Source: Mayamaea pseudoterrestris (taxonomy: Eukaryota). Taken from it: DNA of 64,000 nt. The stretch is taken from assembly GCA_027923505.1 (NCBI GenBank), contig BROI01000005.1, forward strand, positions 434,001-498,000. Direction: 5' to 3'. Positions 49,721 through 62,214 of the stretch are shown here, piece by piece. The position numbers and the translations under genes are program-made. The notes under the pieces were generated by a model. It ran no database searches and had not been told where the DNA came from. It saw only the letters and a list, made by a program, of their open reading frames with translations. Position 1 is the stretch's first letter, and each line of letters opens with the position of its first letter.

Positions 49721-51582
49721 ATGCCGAATCAAGTTTCGGAAGAAGCGGCCGAATTCGTCGCCACTGTCCGGACGGAACATGTTTCCATGAAGAGGTGGTT
49801 TCAAACGTCGGCTGCCGCGGACGCTCTTCGTGCGAAATACGGCGACTATCCCTCACTATGGAAAGAAGTTTTGAATTGGGATGGATGGAAGGAGACGCGA
49901 AGAGAGTATATGAAGGAGCAGCAACTGAAGGAACGGAACGATTCAAGGCAGCAGCAGGTGCAGGGAGATCCGGCGGTTCCACGCAAACGCAAGAGTCGAT
50001 GGGGCACGGCTGATAGCGCGACAAATAATATAGCAGCTGACGATGCGAACAAGCGCAACTCACGATGGGGTGATGGTGCCAATGCGGGTGCTGGTGGACC
50101 AGTGAGTCAACAACCTCCTAGTTTGGCTCCTGTGTTACCGGGCTTGAATGCTTTGCCTCCAGACAAGTCTGGGGAATTGGAACAACTTCGAGGCAGGCTG
50201 CGAGAAATAAATCACATTTTAGAAAAAGTGGATGATTTGGCAACCCATGTGGATAATTTGCCGAGAGGGCATCGCGAGCGATCGCCATCTCCTCCACCGA
50301 GTAAGGATACGCTGAATGTGGCTGTCGTCGAGGACGTGGTTAATGCTTTTCGACTCACCATCAATTTTTCCATCTTGCAGTCTACGGCCCCGACGGCATG
50401 CGCCAAAACACTCGAGCGGTGCGTTGGCGGCAAAAGTATACGTATGAGCGTCAAGACTTGCTTGAAAAAATCATGCGTTTGCAGGGAGCTGGCCCCAACC
50501 AAATGCTTGTTCGCAAGCGCACCAAAAAGATTAGCATTCCCTTTGAGAAACATCCCACGTACAATTTTATAGGCCTCATTATAGGTCCTCGTGGTAAGAC
50601 TCAGAAGGAACTTGAGACAAAGACGGGGTGCAAGATTGCCATTCGAGGACGGGGTTCAGTCAAGGAGGGAGCCCGAGGTCGGCGCGACGGAAAATTGATG
50701 GAGGGCGACAATGAGCCGCTGCACGTGGTGATAACCGGCGACGATCAACACGCTGTTGATGCTGCGGGCGATATGATTGAACAAATGCTTGTCGTTATTG
50801 ATGATGAAAAGAATGTGCACAAGCAGCAGCAGTTGCGTGAGCTGGCCTTGTTGAACGGCACGTTGAAGGACGACGAGTTTTGTACGATATGTGCTGAAAA
50901 GGGTCATCGCGAGTTTGAATGCCCCCGAAAGTTTGGTATGAAGAACAAGGAATTTCGACAGCTCATCAAATGTGCGATTTGCGGAGACACAAGTCACCCT
51001 ACGCGAGATTGTACGCAAATACAGACGACTGTTGACACGAAACAGAGCCAACAGGTGTTGGACACGGAGTATTTATCATTTATGGCCGAGTTGGATGGGA
51101 AAAAGGCTGTTACAACCGAAAATACGGCAATATCTGCTCCTCCCAAGCCTACGAATTTACCACCACCTCCACCCCCGATGCCGAGCAAGTTGCCTCTGCC
51201 TACTGGTGTTTTTCAACCCCCTCCGATTGGCGTAAATGCCCAATTGCTTCCGCCTCATGGTCGTCATGCTCCTCCCCTACCAAATCCACCGCCCCAAACA
51301 ACAAATAATGTTACGGCAGCAGCTAGCAACTACTATCGAGCCCCACCACCGGTACCGCAAGAACAGCAACAATATGGGCAGCAGCCTTCGTATGGCGGGC
51401 TGCCTCCTTCGCACCAATACGGGCATCCTGTTCCTTTACAAGAACTTCCCGGTAAGGATCCCCGCTTCGTGCCGCAGGAGCAACCTCCTGTACAGCCTGG
51501 TCAAGAAGGAGCGGCGTGGGATCCCTCCGCTTACTACGGTCATGAACAGGGTGCTGGTGGATTTAACTGGTGGGAGCAGTAG
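49721..51582 (+). CDS. SF1: Splicing factor 1 / branchpoint-bridging protein; exons 49721-50300 and 50381-51582
   Basis: ULM RKRKSRWG, RSPSPPPIY across the intron, KH domain YNFIGLIIGPRGKTQK...IRGRGSVKEG, QUA2 QLRELALLNGT, two CCHC knuckles, Pro-rich tail. Confidence 0.97.
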
Positions 51583-52074
51583 GACGTATGCATCACTCAA
51601 TGTATATTCCGAGCTAACACATTCCTGTCGTTATGGATATGAAAGGACCAGCGAGCCTAAGAATTCTGTGGTTAATATGATAGCTGCTCATCTCAAATAG
51701 AAAGATTTGCGCCGACTTTCCTGCTTCCTGCGTTACTATCGTAGAATATATCAAGAGTTTATTGAGCTGTGCTCTGTACATACCTGCAAAGTAGGTATGA
51801 TATGCGATACTATTGTAGTATCACACAGTATACAGTACGTGAAGTCCATATTGTAGGTACCGGTACATACAAGTGGCCGTGGCTGATTAGCTGGAGCACA
51901 TAAACCTGTTCAACACTTGCTCGTTGGCGCACGACTTCTATCGGCTTGATTGTCCAATCGCGCATTATTCGACCGCGGCGGGAGTACACGTACGTCAGCA
52001 TCGCGAAAGCGCCGGAAGTGTTTTCGCTTCCAACCAACGATGAATGCAGCACAATCACTTCTTTCGCCGCCACC

Positions 52075-52889
52075 ATGATGCTTAGCCGTACTTCACCTCA
52101 ACTCGCCGCCATTGCACGTCGCGCGATTGCCTCTCGTAGTCTCACGACTGTCGCTGAAGCTGTGCATACTGCTGACGACGCCCTGAAGCATTCGGGATAC
52201 TCGTCGATTGACTTTACCATCGACCAGAATGCCAAAGTTTACGATGCCGTACAAAAGTTTGCTGCCTTTAACATTGGATGCTTGGTGACCACTGATCAGG
52301 AAGGTGAGTCGACGATGATTTACCCAAAATGAAGGAGTGATATTTAGCACCATGATCGTAACGGGAATGATGGTTGTGCGATTGCTTTAAAATCTTTCTT
52401 CGCTCACCGTTTGCCTTGCACCCTTTGCTGCGTTTACGTACAGGAAACATGACAGGTATGTTACGTACGAGAAATCTGCAACAATTTTGATGCTTGTTGT
52501 GCCATCTTTCTTGATTGCTTTAGAACTGGCTCACCCAGGTCCATGTTTACTCCTCTTCGCCATGCTTGGCAGGCATTGTTTCCGAGCGTGACTACATCAC
52601 TAAGGTTGCCCTTCTAGGACGAACATCTAAGGAGACTCCTGTGAAAGAAATTGCCACACTGGGATCCAAGATTGTTACGGCTCGGGCCGACGAAACTGTA
52701 GAATCGTGCATGGAAAAGATGATGAGCAAGGGCATCCGTCACTTGCCGATTGTGGACGCAGGCAAGAATGTTAAAGGCCTCATATCGATCAAAGATTTAG
52801 TGAAGGTTGTTATTAGTGAGAAGGAAGAAACCATCAAGGTTTTGTCTAACTTTGCGCTTGGAAAGGGAGGCCACTTTGGGTCAGAATAG
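52075..52889 (+). CDS. CBS-pair protein (CBSX3-like, probably mitochondrial); exons 52075-52303, 52444-52455, 52573-52889
   Basis: VYDAVQKFAAFNIGCLV, GIVSERDY, CMEKMMSKGIRHLPIV, GLISIKDLV; Arg/Ser-rich presequence; 12-nt exon flanked by cag and gtatg. Confidence 0.9.
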
Positions 52890-53077
52890 AATTAGCATAT
52901 GGCACTGGGAACGAGATGCTGTGCAGAACTTACTTATACCACAGTCGGTTTGCCGGATACTGCAAAAATATAGTGTAAATAGTTATTTAGACTATAAGAC
53001 GATTTCCACCATAGTGCATTGTCTAATGACAATTTTAGATTGTAGGAAGGTACTACACAGGAAAGAGTATTCATCTT

Positions 53078-55970
53078 TTACATAAAATAATGAAGAGCCG
53101 GGGAAAGGCGCACGATTTGGTCATGCAGGCGAGCGCGGTCATGGTAGTTCAGCGCATCTTCATGGCACTCGAGAAATTCAAGGAGGACTTTATGGGCCTT
53201 TCGGGGGGAACCTCCCTTTTCCAACGAGCTCGCTTTCTTAAGTGTGCTTGCCAGCAAGCTTTCGAAAGAGTCGCCATCCTCATTGTCGAGACCAGTTGTT
53301 TTAAAAGCAGTCGCTCCCGTAACAAAACCTGTGTTTGGAGCATTTTCCGCGTTCAAACCATGATTGACATTAAACTGTTCGCTATGTAGCTTTTCGACAG
53401 AATTCTGAGCTCCCTTGAAAGGCACCGACGCGTGAGGCAGCATGGTCCTCGTATGCTTCAGTGGCACACGCTGGTCCCCGGGCATTGAATCCTGGAGGAC
53501 CCGTTGCGCGCGTCCCAGGACTACGGGCTCATCGACAGAGACTTCGTTCAATTCCTGGCTAGCAAGCGGTACGCCAGTGTACAGGGCATCATGACGGGAT
53601 AGTCCGACGACTCCAGGGTGAGACAACAAGAAATTATGAATGCTCCAATCAGTGTGGACACCTGCAGCCTCATTTTCTTTGTTGACTTTCTTCATAAACT
53701 TCGCTTCGCCAGCAGCGCCAAGCTTAAAGACTTGAGCTAGCTCTGACAGGTTGAAATGGCGTTCAACACAATCGCTACCTTCCGTAAGTACCGCTTGTTT
53801 GATTCCTTCCTTGTAAACTTGTCGCTCGTAAATCTTTTCATCGACAGTTCCCGCCGAAATCATTCGATAGACGACAATCGGCTTCGTTGCTCCGATGCGG
53901 TAAACGCGATCGACAGCTTGCGCGTCCAGTGCGCTTGTCCAATCCGGGTCGTAGACAATGACACGATCCGCGCCAGTCAATGTGAGACCAACGCCTCCTA
54001 CGGATGAGAATTATGAAACAAGAGTGAGTAATTGCAGAATCCCTGTAGAATGTAAAATTTCAGACACGTACCTGCTCGCGTCGAAAGTAGCATGACATCA
54101 TAGCGACCGCTCACGTCATTAAATATATCAACATTACGCTGTCGGTCGCTCTCTTTGGTAGATCCATCGATGCGAGCGATACGATTGCCAATCTTGGAGC
54201 GGAGAACAAATTGGATAATGTCCAGCATCTTAGTGCTTTGCGAAAATATCAAAGCGCGATGACCTTGCCCAATGAGAGTCGGAATCACGAGGAGCAGAAC
54301 TTCCAGCTTAGGGGTTTGGCGAACGACCTCTTCAACTCCCATTCGTGTAAGAGCAGACTTCCAGTCGTCGTTATCTTTGACCAGTAACGGGGATCCACAT
54401 AGCTTTTTCAACCATGTTATCGCTTGAAGCGCTTTGCCCTTCTCTCCGGCCATGATTTCTTGAATTTCTTCATCGTTTTTGACAAAATCTGTATACTGTT
54501 CGCGCTGCATTTCTGAGAGATGTGTCCAGACGACGAATTCTTGTTTCGATGGTAGCAGAGTGGCAAGATGATCCTTTTTCAAGCGCTGAAGCAAATACGG
54601 CTTGATGATCGCGTGTAGCTCGTCGGCAACTCGTTTTCCTTGTTCCATGTCCTTCAGTGATGCATCTCTATCACGCGCGGCAGTAATCGGATTGGCATAA
54701 CACTTTTTAAAACGCTTCAGATCCCCAAGCACTCGTCCCGAGCAAGCCCAATCAAGGAGACACTGTTGACGACAGGTTCAGTGATAAGTTAAGTTTGCTG
54801 CAGATTTATAGCATAGAATATAGCAGATGCACACTTACGAAGAGCTCTGTTGGGTTGTTCATTAGAGGAGTGCCACTGAGCATGATGCGATGGGTCTTTG
54901 GGTTGCTGGCAAGTGATAAACACGCAACACTCGTCTGAGTCTTGCTATTTTTTACCGTATGCGCTTCATCTAAGACCACGTAGTCCCAATGCCCGACACG
55001 GCTTTTGAATAACTCTTGAGAGTTATTTACCATGCCGTACGTCGTAATGATAATGTGCGGTTGCTTGGGAGAGCATTCAAGCGCGGCCGAAAGTGCGCGA
55101 CGACGGACCTTTTCCTCCAAAGTGCTTTCCACAACGCGAATACTGACGTTCGCAACACACTTGACAACGACGCGTTTCAGCTCCTTCTCCCATGATCGTA
55201 GAACGGATTTGGGTGCTACAATGACGGCGTTTTTGATGTTCCGCGTGCGCATGAGTCCGCCAAGCGTCGTTGCCGTCGTGTATGTCTTGCCCCTGAAAAA
55301 ACCATGCACGAATCAGTGTCAGTCAGGTCGAGTTCATTATCCGAATCGACTTCAGTATATTTACTTACATTCCCATGTCATCTCCCAATATTCCACCAAT
55401 GTTATCCGCGTGGCGTTCTGCCATCCATTGCACTCCAACTTTCTGGTGAGGAAACAGCGTCTTGAATAAAGGCGCTGGAACACGGAGGGACGGCCAAGAT
55501 ACGTGCGGGGCCTTTTGCTTGGAGAGAAAATACTCTTGATCTTGTTTATTGAACGCCCACGCAGAATCTGGATCAAAGAGCGATGCATCTTCGCTTTCTT
55601 CGTCCTCCTCTATTGTATGATCATCAAAGCTTTCATCGTCCGAACACATGCTACGGTCACTGGTTTCCGCGTCGTCAACCAGGTTAATTAAAGTTTCGTC
55701 CATTTTGGACCTCATCAAACTTAGATTATTGAGCATCGCTTCCAAAGATCCCGAGCTTTCCGAGAAGAGATCGTCATCATTGTTTCGCGGTTGCACCGTC
55801 TGCGTCGTGCGAGCTTTGGCGTTGTCTTGAACGACGCGATTCAGACCTACGATTTTGACCGAGCCAGCCTTTGATTCATCTCCACTACTTGAATCATCTT
55901 CAATTACCAAGCGACGATTATTCGCTACGCGTCGGACGCAAATAATGCTTTCGTCTGTATCGCTGTCCAT
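53078..55970 (-). CDS. SNF2-family helicase, ERCC6/ERCC6L (PICH)-like; four exons
   Basis: LFPHQKVGVQWM, GGILGDDMGMGKT (across intron), VVLDEAH, LSGTPLMNN, LIFSQ, RIDGST, LTGADRVIVYDPDW, QAVDRVYRIG. Confidence 0.92.
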
Positions 55971-56383
55971 GGTGCTGCAAGTCCTTATACTGGATCCACG
56001 ATTTGTGCAGACGAGTTTGAAAGCAACCGTCACCTCGTTGGCGGCAATGAAAAGTGATATCTTAGCTATGTGTATGTACAATATTGCTACTCAGCACTCT
56101 TTCGTTCCGTCTCACCTCCGGTAATGAGGCCACACAAGTCTTCAGCAAGCCTTAATGATAATCTCTTTAGCTGACGAGAATGATCATCGCTGAGTGTACT
56201 CAATACAGTAGGGGAACTGCCTGCCAAAAAGTCGCCATACCTAATCTTACGAGTAGTGTAGTATGGTTCTACTGGGCACCGTACATGCTTTTATTCATTT
56301 CTCGTACTAAAATATTCGGTAATCGTTTGAAGCTTCCGATTTGAATAGTAGAGTGCATAAATATGGCCCTCGTGTACTCGTGC

Positions 56384-56888
56384 TCACGGACAAACAAGTC
56401 TCTTGAAGCGAGGAACATCAATCTCGCCCAACTCATTGCCCAACTCTTTGAAAACAAGTTGCATCTCGGCGGCTGTGATTTGATTTATAGCCCCAATATT
56501 GGCAAAGACTCGACGAAGACCCTCCATGTCAATGCGATCGGCTTGTTTGGCTGGGTCCGTGACTGCTGCTTGCATGACCTCTTTCCGGAATCGGCTTGGC
56601 AAGCATTGTCTGTAGCTGTCAGCACAAATAAGTTGTATAATACATACAAGCCATATATATCATTCATCAACGGCCATAAACGTACTGTGTTTCTCGGTAA
56701 TCGGCAAACAATTTTCTCGCTTTCTCGACTGCTGCATCGGCGTCATCTGTTGAAGACATTGGCGAGATTACTACTGCTGCTGACAGTGACGACGTTGACA
56801 TACACATGCGATAAAGAACTGGTTGATGAGAAGAATGAGTTAAGGCCAAGCGTCTGGTGACTGTGACGAACAAGGTTGAGGCAAACAT
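56384..56888 (-). CDS. Small hypothetical protein, degenerate EF-hand-like, probable mitochondrial presequence; one intron
   Basis: MFASTL... then KARKLFADYR joined to PSRFRKEVM...IDMEGLRRVFANIG...ITAAEMQLVFKELG...GEIDV. Confidence 0.6.
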
Positions 56889-57231
56889 CAGGGCGCGCGG
56901 TGTGAAAGATATAATATGAAGTGTCCGACGGCTTCGAGGCGGCAAGGTGCAAGTTGCGCTTTCACCTCTGGCTAGTTCTATACACCGATATGATGTGTCT
57001 TTGCAAATGTCGATCTTGGAATATGCGATATGCTTTTGTCATCATCATGGCGCAGCGTGGTCAATGGATGTCAGGCCTATCTTTCGGAGAAGTGCGTGCG
57101 TCATCAGTGGTTTCGGAACATCGCCAAAAGCGTCCGGTAGTGTGACGCCAAGCGAGCAACTCATCTTTCATCGACAACTTCTTGCTCCTTGCTGGCATCC
57201 TTTCTCGCATTTTACACATGCGCAGAGGACG

Positions 57232-58266
57232 ATGAGGAAGAATCAACGGGAGAAACATAAGAAATGTCAGCATACTTCTGAAGTAACAAGTAATGATTCG
57301 TCTTCTCCGAACCGCCCACGAAATCTTTTAATAACCGACGCGACGCTGCCGTTCACCTTTTCATTCCAAGGCCGATTCGCGCTGTTCAAATCTATTGTCA
57401 TACACCAAACGGCTGATGATGATACTTGGCCTGGAGGAGCGCTATGGGACCTGGGAGTTCTTTTAGCAGAAGTAGTCGTAGGCTTGTCGGCAAGATGTAA
57501 GCCAGGCAAGGTCACTCTTTCGACGAGTTTGGAAAACAATAAGGTGCGAGATATCCACCGAACGATCGAAATACCAGCTCGAGTGTGGACTGTTAAACTT
57601 TTGAACTTGCTAGAAAATATAGAATCCAGTGGACTTATTCTTGAGCTTGGCGCTGGTGTCGGATTGACTGGGCTCGTCGCGTCGTCGGCATTCGATGCTA
57701 ATTTGACGGTAATCACTGACTTGGGGATTGTCGTAGACAAGGTCACCAAAGCAAATCTTGATCTTAATTCCACTGCCACTGTTGCGACCAAACCGAGGGT
57801 AATTCGTGGTGGCACTGGCCGAGTCCTTGTCACGCCACTATGCTGGGGCAATGCGGATGACGAGGAAAGTGTTGGCAAGATACTCGGCACTGCCAAATTA
57901 TCTTTAAATGTCTCAGCATCAATTCGGAGAAAAGTAAAGGTGTATTCGAAACCAAATCATGACGAGCATAGTCAGACGCTGCACATGCCATCACTTGTGC
58001 TTATTGGTGACGTTGCTTATCAACATCGCCCTGGTGCACCGTCTCATTTCGAAGCTTTGCTTTCAACACTTATCAAGTTCACAGGCCCTCAAACTCTAGT
58101 ATTATTTGGAACACGTCTGCGAATGCCAGCAAGCAATGATTTGCTGAATCTGTTTTTAGAGCATTTTGATGAGGTAGTGCAGCCACCGTTGGAAGCGGAT
58201 GTAATCGACACTTCCTTTGCAGGGTTGAAGCACAATATGACTATTCATTTTCTTCAGCGAAAATAG
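57232..58266 (+). CDS. Lysine methyltransferase, family 16 (METTL21-like)
   Basis: TWPGGALWD, ILELGAGVGLTGL, VITDL, LCWG, LIGDVAY; first in-frame ATG after the upstream region taken as start. Confidence 0.88.
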   Translation: MRKNQREKHKKCQHTSEVTSNDSSSPNRPRNLLITDATLPFTFSFQGRFALFKSIVIHQTADDDTWPGGALWDLGVLLAEVVVGLSARCKPGKVTLSTSLENNKVRDIHRTIEIPARVWTVKLLNLLENIESSGLILELGAGVGLTGLVASSAFDANLTVITDLGIVVDKVTKANLDLNSTATVATKPRVIRGGTGRVLVTPLCWGNADDEESVGKILGTAKLSLNVSASIRRKVKVYSKPNHDEHSQTLHMPSLVLIGDVAYQHRPGAPSHFEALLSTLIKFTGPQTLVLFGTRLRMPASNDLLNLFLEHFDEVVQPPLEADVIDTSFAGLKHNMTIHFLQRK

Positions 58267-58282
58267 CATATTACAATCATTG

Positions 58283-59359
58283 TTACAGAATACTTAATAA
58301 GACGCTGCAACATGTTAAAGCGCCGTCTTTCTTGGCAAGTTCCGATGTATCTAAAAACGTCACGCCAAGGTTTCGCTCTTGTGCAGCCTTCATGATCCGT
58401 TCCCTCGAGATGTGACATGCCGTCTCTTGCGCAAGGATATGTCCATTTACTACAACGGCGTTGCATAGACGTGTATCCGGCAAGCGTATGGTCTGATAGC
58501 CTCGCCGTGCAGCTTGCATGGCGTCCAGGATTAAATCACCAAAAACTCCATCGGGTGCCAATAATGTCGACTCATCCAAATGCGTGACAACAGACTTGAG
58601 ATGCAGCACTTGATTATAAGTATTAGTTTGCTTTTTAAGAGACACTGAAATAATTGGAGTATCAAGCTCCTGGAAAGCGTCTTGTAACAGCATCGCCCCT
58701 TCAAGATTTGTCCGATGCGAAAGGCCAACAAACAAATGGCGCCCAGTGAACATGATATCGCCCCCATCACACATAGCATCACTGGTAGATTCATTCATGT
58801 CAAACATATTACGTATTCCAATTGATTCAAGTGCATCTTTGATTGCATCCCCCTCCCCTTGTCTCGATGGAGCACCTTGCCGCGTCAAACATGCAGTTGA
58901 GCCGATCGCAACAACCGTATCCTCAACAAAAACACTGTCAGGAAATTCTTCCAAAGCAGGCAGCCGAATCAACCGGTCAACATAAGTTTGAAGAGTTTCG
59001 ACGTAACGTTGATGCTGCTGCCGCGCCTTACTGATCGATACAAGTGCCGTCGCCGACGAGTCGAGCACCTCCATCGAAAGTGCATCGACGAATGAGTCTG
59101 GGATATCACGACATACTGCTACATGATAAAGTCTATACTTGGCTTGTCTGTAGTACTGATTCATTCGGCATTCGTGACTTGCACGAAGTGCCTGACAAAG
59201 GGGTCGAGAGCATGGCATCATCCTGCAACATTCTGGCCACTCCGCCGGATTCTTGCGCCGTCGCGAGATTACGATCTCCTGACGTCGCAGCGGTACACGA
59301 GGAGGTTTCGTGCGACGTGCAAAACGTGCAAAGCGCGCCGCGCGAATCGTCGCGACCAC
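58283..59359 (-). CDS. DDAH: Dimethylarginine dimethylaminohydrolase (DDAH)
   Basis: FPDSVFVEDT, SRQGE, DGGDI, VGLSHRTN, LHLKS, DGALTCCSVL. True start probably downstream of 59359. Confidence 0.93.
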   Translation of the reverse strand: MVATIRAARFARFARRTKPPRVPLRRQEIVISRRRKNPAEWPECCRMMPCSRPLCQALRASHECRMNQYYRQAKYRLYHVAVCRDIPDSFVDALSMEVLDSSATALVSISKARQQHQRYVETLQTYVDRLIRLPALEEFPDSVFVEDTVVAIGSTACLTRQGAPSRQGEGDAIKDALESIGIRNMFDMNESTSDAMCDGGDIMFTGRHLFVGLSHRTNLEGAMLLQDAFQELDTPIISVSLKKQTNTYNQVLHLKSVVTHLDESTLLAPDGVFGDLILDAMQAARRGYQTIRLPDTRLCNAVVVNGHILAQETACHISRERIMKAAQERNLGVTFLDTSELAKKDGALTCCSVLLSIL

Positions 59360-59427
59360 AACATCATGAACCCGCCCTGTCAGATTGGCATCTTCGGTAG
59401 TCTTGGTCTTTCATACTAAGATTTGCA

Positions 59428-60996
59428 TTGTTACTTACAAAACAACTAACGTCCTTTCTTGGGATGAACAATTGGTTTTCCGTCAAAGGGCAATCCCATC
59501 GGTCCATCTGGATATTCATTTTCAGCATGTTGCCGCATCGAGTATCTGCATTCACAAGCAATCTACAGAACATGGAGAGGGCCTCGTTACTCAAACGTTA
59601 TGTTAATACGAGACATCACATGCTCCATTCGAATTCGACAATTGCTGCTTCAGCGGACGAAACCGACGACGAGAAGGTCATGGCGCAACGAAAAGCTGCT
59701 GCAAAAGCCAAGAGACAGAAACTCATTGGACTCGCCAAGGCTGTTGATCACGGAAATGGAAAATACTTCAACACTTACCGTCCATACGGAATGGACGGCA
59801 ACTCTTTTCAGGCTTTGAGTGGTTTACCGGATCGAAAAAGACCATTCTTAGTCTTGGGGTTGGAGAGCAGCTGCGATGACACGGGGGCCGCGATTGTTCG
59901 TAGTGATGGAATTATTTTGGGAGAAGCATTAGCGTCACAATCAGAAATACATGAAGCATGGGGTGGAGTGGTTCCTGGCCTAGCTAGAGACGCTCACGTC
60001 GCCATGATTGACGTTGTCATTGAACAGGCACTCGAGCGAGCAAACTTGACGTCTGTGGAAGAAGTAGATGCTATAGGAGTTACTGTTGGTCCTGGCTTGG
60101 AAATATGTTTACGAGTTGGATGTGACACTGCCAAAGCGTTGGCTATAAAATACAACAAACCGTTTGTTGGCGTACACCATTTAGAAGCTCATATATTAAT
60201 GGCTCGGCTGCCTGTCAACAATGACACTGATTCTACCATGGCGATGCACCACATGGCTGTAACTGATGAAACGCATGCATCCATGCGAGCTATGGGGTTT
60301 CCATTCTTGTCGCTGCTGGTATCTGGAGGTCACTGCCAGCTAATGAGATGCGATTCGATCGGGAATTACACAATCCTAGGAGGCACTATCGACGACTCAT
60401 TAGGTGAGGCGTTCGACAAGGTGGCCCGCCTGCTGGGACTGCCTATTGGAGGCGGAGGAGGACCAGCACTTGAAGGTTTGGCACGAGAGGGAGATCCAGC
60501 AGCAATACCCCTTTCCGTCCCATTGCAAGCGCGCAAAGATTACGACTTTAGCTACAGCGGATTAAAGACAAACGTAATGCGAGCTGTCGCAAAACTTGTG
60601 GAGGAGCGCAACGTTGAGTCCGTACATGAGCTGTCACAGAAAGACAAGGCAGATGTAGCAGCTTCATTCCAAAATGTTGCTTTTAAGCACATTGAACAAA
60701 GGCTCAAGCGAGCGATGAGCGTCTTAGAAAATGAAGGTATACGTAAACTGGCAGTCGTTGGAGGAGTGGCCGCGAATACGGAGCTTCGACGGCGTTTAAG
60801 CAAAGTTTGCCAAGAGCGTGAGGAGCCGTGGTCCATGTACGTTCCATCGCCACGATTATGCACCGATCAAGGAGCCATGAGCGCTTGGGCGGCAGTCGAA
60901 AGACTCATGGTAGGCAGTTCCGACGATCCAGCAACGCAGGGAGTGTTTGCACGGTACCCATTCGCAATGCCATTACCTAAAGTAGATGTTGTCTAG
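59428..60996 (+). CDS. tsaD: Organellar tRNA N6-threonylcarbamoyltransferase (TsaD/Qri7/OSGEPL1)
   Basis: LGLESSCDDTG, GGVVP, VTVGPGL, HHLEAH, LLVSGGH, DDSLGEAFDKVAR, FSYSGLKT, GGVAAN, CTDQGAM; N-terminal extension with VSAF (plastid-type signal possible). Confidence 0.95.
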   Translation: MLLTKQLTSFLGMNNWFSVKGQSHRSIWIFIFSMLPHRVSAFTSNLQNMERASLLKRYVNTRHHMLHSNSTIAASADETDDEKVMAQRKAAAKAKRQKLIGLAKAVDHGNGKYFNTYRPYGMDGNSFQALSGLPDRKRPFLVLGLESSCDDTGAAIVRSDGIILGEALASQSEIHEAWGGVVPGLARDAHVAMIDVVIEQALERANLTSVEEVDAIGVTVGPGLEICLRVGCDTAKALAIKYNKPFVGVHHLEAHILMARLPVNNDTDSTMAMHHMAVTDETHASMRAMGFPFLSLLVSGGHCQLMRCDSIGNYTILGGTIDDSLGEAFDKVARLLGLPIGGGGGPALEGLAREGDPAAIPLSVPLQARKDYDFSYSGLKTNVMRAVAKLVEERNVESVHELSQKDKADVAASFQNVAFKHIEQRLKRAMSVLENEGIRKLAVVGGVAANTELRRRLSKVCQEREEPWSMYVPSPRLCTDQGAMSAWAAVERLMVGSSDDPATQGVFARYPFAMPLPKVDVV

Positions 60997-61235
60997 GTCC
61001 CTATTAACGTCTTTTGTTATACTCACAGCTACGGTAGCTATAATATCGTGTCCTTTTCTTCCTGCGATGCTCGCCGCACGTGCATGTCGAGCGGGCCAGG
61101 CCCTTCCCCGCCATTTTTTCCAATGCCATCCTCCGACTTGGGTGCTGTTGCATCACATTCTTGTTGCATGGTTGAAACGCTCTCCTAACGAACACTTTCC
61201 ACGCTTCTAGTCGAAGAAATACAATCACATCTGGA

Positions 61236-61998
61236 ATGACGACGCAGAATAATGAAACGACGATGCTTGGCGACACGGTGGTGAATCGAATCCCACCATC
61301 CTCCGTCAAGGTGACAAAACGAACAACGTTTTCTGGCGGCAAGGTTTGTTCGCCAAACACCAAGCGCAACAAGCACAGTTTTAAAAACGCGCAGCCCATA
61401 GATCTTGAACCTCTGTTCCAGAAGATGGATCCAACTGATCCCAAGTATGCGCATCGCATCTCCCAGCGACGCAAGATGATTGCAAAGGGCAAGAACACGG
61501 CAGGCTACGCCGAGTATATCAAGCAGGTTCCGAAAGATGCTCGTCACCCTCGATCTGAATTGACCCCATCGACGCCGGATGCAACTGCCGACATGTCCAA
61601 TGGTCGGTTCCATGGGCTCGTTCGCGCTTGGTATGTCGATTGGCGCACATTATACATTCTGCTGCCCCGACTGATCAAATTTCTCACTTCTCACTCATGT
61701 ATGTTCTAGGCGTATCAATCTCCACAAGTACGATCCGCCCGATCTCATGAACACTTTGGACGATGAAGAAGCTTCGCAAAAACAGATGATTAAAGCAGCT
61801 ACAGAAACGGCCGGTGGAATGTTGACTCCCCTTCCGATGCAGCGCGAACTCGTACAGGCTGTTGAGAATGGGCTCCTCGTCGACATTGTTCCTAGCGCGA
61901 CTGAAGAATCGTTTGCTTCCAACATGCCGGAGTCTCCAGAGCAAGATCGCTTGGAGATGGACACTGCAAACAGCAGTGACAATGACGATCTACTCTAA
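61236..61998 (+). CDS. SLBP: Histone RNA stem-loop binding protein; exons 61236-61630 and 61710-61998
   Basis: QRRKMIAKGKNTAGY..Y...VPK...PSTPD...RFHGLVRAWRINLHKYDP after splicing. Confidence 0.9.
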
Positions 61999-62214
61999 CG
62001 CAGACGTACAGGCATGTTTGTAATTTGTAACATCTGATTACCAGAGTTCAACGTCTCCTCCCTCACACCTGCAGCAGTAGTGATCACTGAGATTCATCAA
62101 CCCTTTAAAAGGCGTTTGTAAATCAAAACATCTTTGTAAAGCAAATAGAATCCAATCCCCGAAAGAGCCTCCGCTCATTCTCACCGTGCATCCACATTGA
62201 TCCCGTCATCTTAT

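Noticed and set aside
57232..59359. Functional methylation/demethylation pair from adjacent METTL21-like and DDAH genes
   Set aside because: METTL21-type enzymes methylate protein lysine while DDAH hydrolyses free methylarginines; convergent adjacency alone is not evidence.
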